This document shows, in pieces, positions 57,808 through 64,000 of a stretch of DNA of 64,000 nucleotides (its first letter is position 1; the number at the start of each line of letters is the position of its first letter). This DNA comes from a virus, in the IMG/VR virus record IMGVR_UViG_3300021170_000016, positions 2,320-66,319 of that record. One strand, written 5' to 3'. Position numbers and translations under genes: made by a program. The notes under the pieces were generated by a model. That model did no database searches. It had not been told where the DNA came from and worked only from the letters and a program-made list of their open reading frames with translations.

Positions 57808-58185
57808 ATGACACAGGACCCGACGCCCCAGCTATGGTTCGGCATTAACGTGGCGTCGGGTTCCGCCCTGCTCGCGGCGCTCTTCTCGTGGCTCCCGACA
57901 GCCATTGGCATGGTCGGCGGTGTGCTCCTGATCGTGCGCCTGTTCATCGAGATCAAAGAGAGCGTGACCTATCGCACCTTCATGGCGGATCGGCGCGAGC
58001 GCATCCGGGTGCGTAAGCTGCGCAAGCTTCGCGCTCGCCAGAAGATCATTGAGGCCAAGATCATCGCAGCCGATCGCGTCAAGAAGGCGGTCGTCGAAGC
58101 TGCTCAGATCGTGGAGTCGGCGAAGACGGATGCAGCCTTGACCAAGGTCCAGGACAAGGCGATCGATCAGTTCACCAAGGACTAA
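57808..58185 (+). CDS. membrane protein (second holin-like)
   Basis: two TM segments and basic coiled tail. Confidence 0.6.
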   Translation: MTQDPTPQLWFGINVASGSALLAALFSWLPTAIGMVGGVLLIVRLFIEIKESVTYRTFMADRRERIRVRKLRKLRARQKIIEAKIIAADRVKKAVVEAAQIVESAKTDAALTKVQDKAIDQFTKD

Positions 58186-58592
58186 TCCAAGCACCAGTTC
58201 TCAACCACCGGGTCGATGGCGAAGCCGCAGCGGCGATCGTCGTGGAGCACCGAGGTGACGTAGGCTTTCGCGTTCTTCACGATCGTCGTGGAGACCTCGT
58301 AGCCGAGGTGGCCCAGCTCAGCGATCGACCACGTCTCAGCCTCGTATTCCATGATGTGTGGGGGTATCTCACGGACGGACCACGAGTGGTGTCTCGCATG
58401 GTAGACCTCGTGCAGGAAGACCTGGAGGTTGTGCACGCCGGTGATCGGCGGGCAGTAGATCACATGGTCGTCGAAGAGACAGAGACCGGTGTGGTAGCGC
58501 TTGTTCACGTCCAAGGTCGCGGCTATCCACCCGCGCGGTTTGTATTTGCTGAGCAGCCGGATCGCGGTCTTACGGTCGATGCGATCCGGCAT
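58182..58592 (-). CDS. HExxH metalloprotease-like protein (SprT/ImmA-like)
   Basis: FLHEVYHA...MEYEAE. Confidence 0.65.
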   Translation of the reverse strand: MPDRIDRKTAIRLLSKYKPRGWIAATLDVNKRYHTGLCLFDDHVIYCPPITGVHNLQVFLHEVYHARHHSWSVREIPPHIMEYEAETWSIAELGHLGYEVSTTIVKNAKAYVTSVLHDDRRCGFAIDPVVENWCLD

Positions 58593-58620
58593 GGCTCTCT
58601 CCTTGGGCGGGGAGGTCTTC

Positions 58621-59019
58621 TTACAGTTTCGGGACCCGAATATCCAGGGTCTTGGGGTTGAGGAGCCAGTAGGGCTTCTTCTGCTCCTTGCACCACTCGA
58701 TCTCCATCTGCACGCCCTTGCTCTCCTTCCAGCCCGGCAGATCAGCGATCAGCAGGCCGCAGGCGGCGTCGAACAGCGGCTTGTCGGCCGCCATCCAGAA
58801 GCCGTGATCGCGCGCGTCGACCTCGTCCTTGGTGTGCATCGCGATCCCATGGGTGTGAGCGATCGGGCAGTAAATTGGTAGACGCAGCAGCAGAAGCCTA
58901 GCGGCCAGCTTTTGGGCGACTGTGTTGGCGTCGTCGAGGCCGTGGACCCACTTCGAGTAGGGGGTTGCGAGGTAGTAATACCCCCGATCGTTCCAGAGGT
59001 GTCTCGCGTGCGTGCTCAT
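58621..59019 (-). CDS. DUF1937 / nucleoside deoxyribosyltransferase-like protein
   Basis: YYLATPYS, PIAHTH, GWKESKGVQMEI. Confidence 0.75.
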   Translation of the reverse strand: MSTHARHLWNDRGYYYLATPYSKWVHGLDDANTVAQKLAARLLLLRLPIYCPIAHTHGIAMHTKDEVDARDHGFWMAADKPLFDAACGLLIADLPGWKESKGVQMEIEWCKEQKKPYWLLNPKTLDIRVPKL

Positions 59020-60641
59020 GCTCTATACCCTTCATAGGTCGGGAAGACGATCGTTCGCTTGCCCGAGGCGTAGGTCACTACCTCGGCGTGATGCCAAGCG
59101 CCCGGACCTTTTGAGGCGTATTTCAGATCGAGTCGCGAGCTGGTGCCGGCGACGTAGGCGGCTTCCAGGATGCGGGGCTCGTGGGTGTGAGCTGTGTTGA
59201 CACGCTCGACGATCTTGGCCAGCCCAGAGGGGCTCCCACGCGATCCTCGCGGGCCGACGTCGCCGTGCAGGCCGCACTCGATCGGCGCGGTGTCCTGGCA
59301 GATCAGATAGCTCTGCCCCTGGTGAAGGAAGAGCACGTCGTTGAGGGGCAGGCCGCCGTGCTGGAGTGCGTAGGCGTGTGCGCTGAAGGTCTCGCCCTCG
59401 CCCGCGTCGATCGCGTCCCACCACGCGGCGTTGAGCTTGTGCCAGATGCCGGCGTTCTCCGCGTCGGCCGCGGCGTCGGTGTTCTTCAGCCACGTGTGCA
59501 GGTGGTTGTTGTGGTTCGAGGGCACGTGGATCGACTTCGACCAGGAGCGGATCGTGCTGTGGAGAAACTCCGTGGTGTCATAGAGCATCTCCTTGATGCT
59601 CTCGTTGTGGCCGCCCAGCTGGCGCAGGACACCGCGCTCGTGCGGGTCCTTGATCGTGTGATGCGAGCGCGCCTTGAAGCTGAAGCTGTCGTGGAAGAAC
59701 TGGTGTCGGGGCTTCAGCTCGTCGAGCATGTTACCGCTGCGGACGTAGCTGTGACGCCTCAGACCCCAAAGCACCTCGGCGATATCCCAGTCGATCTCTT
59801 CCAGGTGGATGTCGCCCCAGGTGATCGCTTCGACGGGCGGGCCCGGCAGGATCGCGCCGTCCTTCACGAGCACGTCCAGGTCCTGGAACGCACCATCCTT
59901 GTCCATCCCGATCTGACGCGTGTAGAACGTGCCGTTCGGCTTGATCTCTGCGATTGTCGCGCCGTAGGTGTGGTGGAACTCGGCCTTCTGGCCGGCGTTG
60001 CGCTGGACGTAGTTGGGCCGCGTGATGACGCCGGTGGTCATGATCGCCTTGCCGGGACGGCCGGGCATGACGGGCACGCACTTCAGCGCGATCTTGGCGT
60101 GGGGGAAGATAGCCCATTTATCGCGGGTGTTCGTGTCCCATCCGGTGAGGGGGTCGGTGGCGGTCGGCAGGATGTTCGCGCGACCATACCACTGCAGCCG
60201 CGGCGCGAGGTCCACCACGTCGATGTTGAGGAGCGGCACGACGCTGTGGGCGAACGCGCCGGCCTTCACCAACTCGTCGACTCGGTTCTCCTCGAACAGC
60301 GCCTTCTGATAGGTGAAGCCTCCGATGAGCAGCTCGCCGCCGCGGTGCGCCGCATAAGCCTGGAGGTTTGCGAGCGCGCCCTCGTTGAGCGCGGTGTGGT
60401 CCTGCACGGCGGTCATGAGCACGACGCGCGTCTTGGCGGGCTCGGCCGGCACGGTGCGAGTCAGCTCGGTCTGTAGCTCTTCGATCGAAGCCGGTTTGAC
60501 CGGATCGCGTCGCAGGCGGTTCTGCAGCGTGCTGCGCGAGATACCAAGCTTCGCAGCAGCCTGTGATTGGTTTCCGCCCGCCTCTCGCATGGCGTCGTGC
60601 GTTGCTTTGATGACATCGGGAGGCAGGCGGAGAGCGGCCAT
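59016..60641 (-). CDS. T5 A1-like protein: N-terminal Fis-type HTH plus calcineurin-like phosphoesterase
   Basis: GNQSQAAAKLGISRSTL; AGQKAEFHH, WGDIH, FHD, SNH, LHG, AHTH, SGKR. Confidence 0.75.
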   Translation of the reverse strand: MAALRLPPDVIKATHDAMREAGGNQSQAAAKLGISRSTLQNRLRRDPVKPASIEELQTELTRTVPAEPAKTRVVLMTAVQDHTALNEGALANLQAYAAHRGGELLIGGFTYQKALFEENRVDELVKAGAFAHSVVPLLNIDVVDLAPRLQWYGRANILPTATDPLTGWDTNTRDKWAIFPHAKIALKCVPVMPGRPGKAIMTTGVITRPNYVQRNAGQKAEFHHTYGATIAEIKPNGTFYTRQIGMDKDGAFQDLDVLVKDGAILPGPPVEAITWGDIHLEEIDWDIAEVLWGLRRHSYVRSGNMLDELKPRHQFFHDSFSFKARSHHTIKDPHERGVLRQLGGHNESIKEMLYDTTEFLHSTIRSWSKSIHVPSNHNNHLHTWLKNTDAAADAENAGIWHKLNAAWWDAIDAGEGETFSAHAYALQHGGLPLNDVLFLHQGQSYLICQDTAPIECGLHGDVGPRGSRGSPSGLAKIVERVNTAHTHEPRILEAAYVAGTSSRLDLKYASKGPGAWHHAEVVTYASGKRTIVFPTYEGYRA

Positions 60642-60655
60642 ATCAGTGTTCCTTT

Positions 60656-61024
60656 TCAGCTCGCCGCGCCCTGGGCGGCGGAGATCATCTTGGCGAACCA
60701 CTCTGGTGTAGCAGCTCCCTTGCCGATGAGGCAACCGTCTGCACCGAAGCCGAACAGCCAGATGTAGCCATCAGCCTTTTCCTTGGGCTGCGTCGCCACA
60801 CTCATCGTGACCGGCTCCTTGCCCTTCGGGATGCTATCGCGGTTCTCTTTGATGAACTCCGCGACTTGCGGCGACGTGAGATCGACGACCTTCGCGCCAG
60901 GGTTGCGATCGAAGATTGACTGCCGTGTGTCACACAGCTTGATGGCTTCCTCTGCAAACGCACCGGTGCCGATGATGACGCCCGCACAGATTGCAGCGCC
61001 GAAGACTAGAGCATACTTCCACAT
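60656..61024 (-). CDS. secreted/periplasmic protein
   Basis: signal peptide with AFA cleavage, two Cys in mature part. Confidence 0.65.
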   Translation of the reverse strand: MWKYALVFGAAICAGVIIGTGAFAEEAIKLCDTRQSIFDRNPGAKVVDLTSPQVAEFIKENRDSIPKGKEPVTMSVATQPKEKADGYIWLFGFGADGCLIGKGAATPEWFAKMISAAQGAAS

Positions 61025-61038
61025 AGCACTCTCCTCTA

Positions 61039-63981
61039 TCAGGGCTGCGGGTCAGCGGGCGGCCCATCCGCTTTCGAGACCTTCGGTAGCATGGCGGCCA
61101 CGTCGGGGTGGTTCAGGTTGACGGTGAAGCACCACGAGCGGCCCTTAGCGAACAGGGTGCCCTTGCCCAACTCCTGGCGGGAGTTGGTGTCCGTGACAAT
61201 CCCCTGTGCATTGAGCGCCTTGAGTATCTCGACGGAGTAGCGGTTCGCGCGGTTGCAGTAGGTGCGGAAGTCCTGCTTCAGCACATGGATGATCCCGCTC
61301 TCCATATGGTGGTGCGCGAGTATCTGGCCGTGCTTGTTCTCCGAGAGGATGTTGGGCTCCAGCTTGCCGCTCACCTTCTTGGTCTGGACGATGCTCCCGT
61401 TGATGTGCGCGAGGTAGTCCATAAGGGTCGCGAGCGGCGAGGTGGAGTCGCGCTGGGCGTCGATCGTGTCGCGCATCTCTTCGAGCTGCTCGGCGATGAA
61501 CCAGTCGCGCAGGTATTGGAGATCGTAGTTGAAGTAGCCCATCTTCTGCGCGATGTCCCCGGCGACCAGGGACGAGGCGATGTCGGCGAACCAGAAGCGT
61601 TCGTGCGACTTCATGCTGGCCTTGGTGGCGATCTCGTCGAGCGTTTTCAGGACGGCGGCTTTGACCTTGTCGACCTTGGCGACGACGAGACGCATGTAGT
61701 TCTCGCCGATCCAGCCGTAGTTCTCATACAGCTCGCGGAGGTAGGCGTCGGCCTGGACCGGTGTGTGAACGCCCAGGTCCTTCTCGAAGCGCATCTCCAG
61801 CACGCGCACCGCACCAGCGGCACCTGCGGAGTTGTTAATAGACAGCAGGCCCTGAAGGCTGACATTGGCGGTGCTCATGATGATCGAGGCGCGCTCGTCG
61901 CCGGTGAGCGACGCTTGCTCTGTGCCGGTGCGATCGGCCCTGACACGTGGACCCATCTGCGTGGAACCCATCGCGAAGTCCTTGGCAATCTCCTCCTTCA
62001 TGGAGGTGATCTCATCCAAGCACGTGGGGAGGTTGTTGAGGATGCCCATGCGTGTGTTGCGCACGGTGTCGGTCGCGCCTTTGGCCGTGCAGTTGATCGC
62101 GGACTTCTTCGGGTTGCCCCAGATCGCCGCAGCGGTGTAGAGCGCGGAGGACTTCGACGCGCCGGTCTCGCCCTGGGCGTGGATGATGACACCATTGTGA
62201 CCAGTCATCCAGAAGAGCGGAGACGCGAGGCTGGCGAGGATGAACAGCTGGTGCTTCACGTAGCGGCGATCGTTGTAGAAGCTCATCAGCTCCACCTGCC
62301 GCTGCAGCGTCCCTTTCTGCGTGAGGTAGTTGCGCGAGGTCGCTGCGACCTTGGAGAGCTGCACAGACGAGTCGCTACCATCCGGTAGGATGATCTTGCT
62401 CGGGAGCACGAACTTGGTATTGTCGTCCACCCATCCCAGGTGCGTGTGCTGAACAGCCGTCGGTGAGAGGCGGATCAGCTCTTGGATATACGCGCTCATG
62501 TAGCTCTTCAGCTCCCCGAAATTAGACGTGTAAATGCCATGATTAGCGAGTCGTGTCTGCAGCTGCTTATCGTCAACGAAGGTGGCAGCATCAATCGAGA
62601 TGTCACGCGTCGCACCGTGTGGTAGGTGTGCGCGCCACTGTTGCGATTCAATCTCGCGCGCCGTGCTCGTCGAGCGCTCAAGGGGATAAAGGTCGTAAGG
62701 GTATATCTTCCTCTCATAGGCCCGGCCTTCCTTGCTCTCCAGGATGAGCACGATACCACCTTCGCGCGAGCGCTTCCAGGGGAGCGGTGGATCGGCGATC
62801 TCGCGTTCGGTGATGACGCCAGCCACGACCTCGGCGACGACCGGTGGTGGAGCCTTCTCTTCGAGGCGCGCGGCCTCGGTCGGGAACTTGGCCCGCTTGA
62901 TGAAGGGGCAGGTGTGGCAGAGGTGAGCGTTCGCTTGCCCGCACGAGTCCTCCATCTTGGAGCAGCTGACTGCTCCAGACATCTTGTCTTTCCACTGGTC
63001 GAACTTCGCATCGCATGTGACCGGATCGTAGTCGCGGTGTCCACGCGAGATGTGGTGGAAGTGCTTGCGTCCGTTCTGCACATAGTTCAGCGCGCCGGCC
63101 ACCGCATACCACTCCGGCTCATTGCTCGTCGCGCCCTCCACTGCGGCGATGCGACGCATCTGCGCACACGCTGTAAGGAGCGAGACCATCGTCGGGAGCG
63201 GACGATCGAACGTCTGCTGCGTGTTGCTACCGAGCGCCGCTGCAAACGTGGACGGCGCGGCCTTCGCCGCCGCGCGCGCCTTGACTACAATGTCGTTGTC
63301 GTCGATCGCCTTGTCGAGCAGCTTGTCCAGCGCCTCGATCGTGATAGGTGTCGTTTGCTTGTAGACGACGACCGGACGCTTCTCGGTCTTCTTCAGGTTC
63401 CACGTGCCGGCGACTCTCAGGACGCTGGCGGTATCGGTCGTGCGTGTGTTGTCGATTTTGAGCCCGAGGTGGTGTGCCAGCGACTTGAACTTCGCAGCTC
63501 TAGCAGCCCACTCATCAGACCCAAGATCACGATCGAGCGTCCAATAAACGTGCAGCCCCCCGCCAGAAGAAACAACCATGGGGATTGGTAGACGAGTAGC
63601 AGACACAAAAGATTGAAGGCCAGCGACAGCGTCAGCTTGATTCGAATACTTCTTGTCATTGTCAGCCTCCACGTCCAGGTCGAAGAAGAAGATACGTGAC
63701 GAGCGCATGTTGAGCTGCGTGCGCACGCGCCAGCCGCCGACCCACGGCTTGTCTTCCTTGTCGGCGTCGCGGTGGTGATGGTGGTCCCAGACCCGCTCCT
63801 CCTTCAGCGTGTGCGTCGCGAAGAAGACGTTCTTGGTGTCACCGATCGAGTCGACGAACGCCGCCGCCGCTTCGATCGTCTCGAAGACGTGGTGATCGTA
63901 TCCCTTCTGGGGGAACGGGGTCGCGATGCAGTATAGCCCTTCGTCAAGCCATACTGCTCGCAAGAACTCGATGGGGGTCAC
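61039..63981 (-). CDS. primase (RepB/AEP-like) fused to a DUF927 helicase
   Basis: FFDLD, SGGGLHVYW, VLRVAGT, C..CPF, LGW, GETGASKS, CLDEIT. Confidence 0.85.
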   Translation of the reverse strand: MTPIEFLRAVWLDEGLYCIATPFPQKGYDHHVFETIEAAAAFVDSIGDTKNVFFATHTLKEERVWDHHHHRDADKEDKPWVGGWRVRTQLNMRSSRIFFFDLDVEADNDKKYSNQADAVAGLQSFVSATRLPIPMVVSSGGGLHVYWTLDRDLGSDEWAARAAKFKSLAHHLGLKIDNTRTTDTASVLRVAGTWNLKKTEKRPVVVYKQTTPITIEALDKLLDKAIDDNDIVVKARAAAKAAPSTFAAALGSNTQQTFDRPLPTMVSLLTACAQMRRIAAVEGATSNEPEWYAVAGALNYVQNGRKHFHHISRGHRDYDPVTCDAKFDQWKDKMSGAVSCSKMEDSCGQANAHLCHTCPFIKRAKFPTEAARLEEKAPPPVVAEVVAGVITEREIADPPLPWKRSREGGIVLILESKEGRAYERKIYPYDLYPLERSTSTAREIESQQWRAHLPHGATRDISIDAATFVDDKQLQTRLANHGIYTSNFGELKSYMSAYIQELIRLSPTAVQHTHLGWVDDNTKFVLPSKIILPDGSDSSVQLSKVAATSRNYLTQKGTLQRQVELMSFYNDRRYVKHQLFILASLASPLFWMTGHNGVIIHAQGETGASKSSALYTAAAIWGNPKKSAINCTAKGATDTVRNTRMGILNNLPTCLDEITSMKEEIAKDFAMGSTQMGPRVRADRTGTEQASLTGDERASIIMSTANVSLQGLLSINNSAGAAGAVRVLEMRFEKDLGVHTPVQADAYLRELYENYGWIGENYMRLVVAKVDKVKAAVLKTLDEIATKASMKSHERFWFADIASSLVAGDIAQKMGYFNYDLQYLRDWFIAEQLEEMRDTIDAQRDSTSPLATLMDYLAHINGSIVQTKKVSGKLEPNILSENKHGQILAHHHMESGIIHVLKQDFRTYCNRANRYSVEILKALNAQGIVTDTNSRQELGKGTLFAKGRSWCFTVNLNHPDVAAMLPKVSKADGPPADPQP
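63417..63659 (-). CDS. nested +1-frame two-TM membrane protein inside the primase gene
   Basis: GGAGG 6 nt before ATG; T-ending codon patch in the host gene. Confidence 0.5.
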   Translation of the reverse strand: MTRSIRIKLTLSLAFNLLCLLLVYQSPWLFLLAGGCTFIGRSIVILGLMSGLLELRSSSRWHTTSGSKSTTHARPIPPAS

Positions 63982-64000
63982 AGCGCGCTCCGACTGTGCG

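Noticed and set aside
59181-62388. 431-aa and 426-aa plus-strand ORFs
   Set aside because: Antisense shadows of the A1-like and primase genes

Overview
Nearly complete genome of a GC-rich tailed dsDNA phage with a podovirus-like layout. It has an N4-gp56-type capsid, a giant internal/ejection protein, no tape measure or sheath, and no integrase in the window. The host is probably an alphaproteobacterium, inferred from promoter style and GC content. Minus-strand arms (1-22.4 kb and 58.2-64 kb) carry early and replication genes: SNF2 helicase, VRR-NUC, PD-(D/E)XK and DEDDh nucleases, family A polymerase, AAA ATPase, vWA-metallopeptidase, T5 A1-like phosphoesterase and primase-DUF927. The plus-strand arm (22.5-58.2 kb) carries packaging, head, collagen-like fibres, two glycosyltransferases and lysis genes. 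Five observations stand out. (1) Eight exact copies of a 19-bp dyad GAGTCAA-TGATC-TTGACTC, each with two GANTC and one GATC site, mark the early region in both orientations. (2) Several genes appear overprinted in the +1 frame inside essential genes, marked by local collapse of GC3 and mostly with their own RBS. (3) A GPT-collagen fibre module sits next to a TPR-GT2 glycosyltransferase, suggesting virion O-glycosylation. (4) A perfect 22-bp inverted repeat brackets an AT-rich 309-bp non-coding segment. (5) A paralogous pair of early genes and a family of small ORFs share motifs. Family assignments come from motif recognition by eye, not from database searches.
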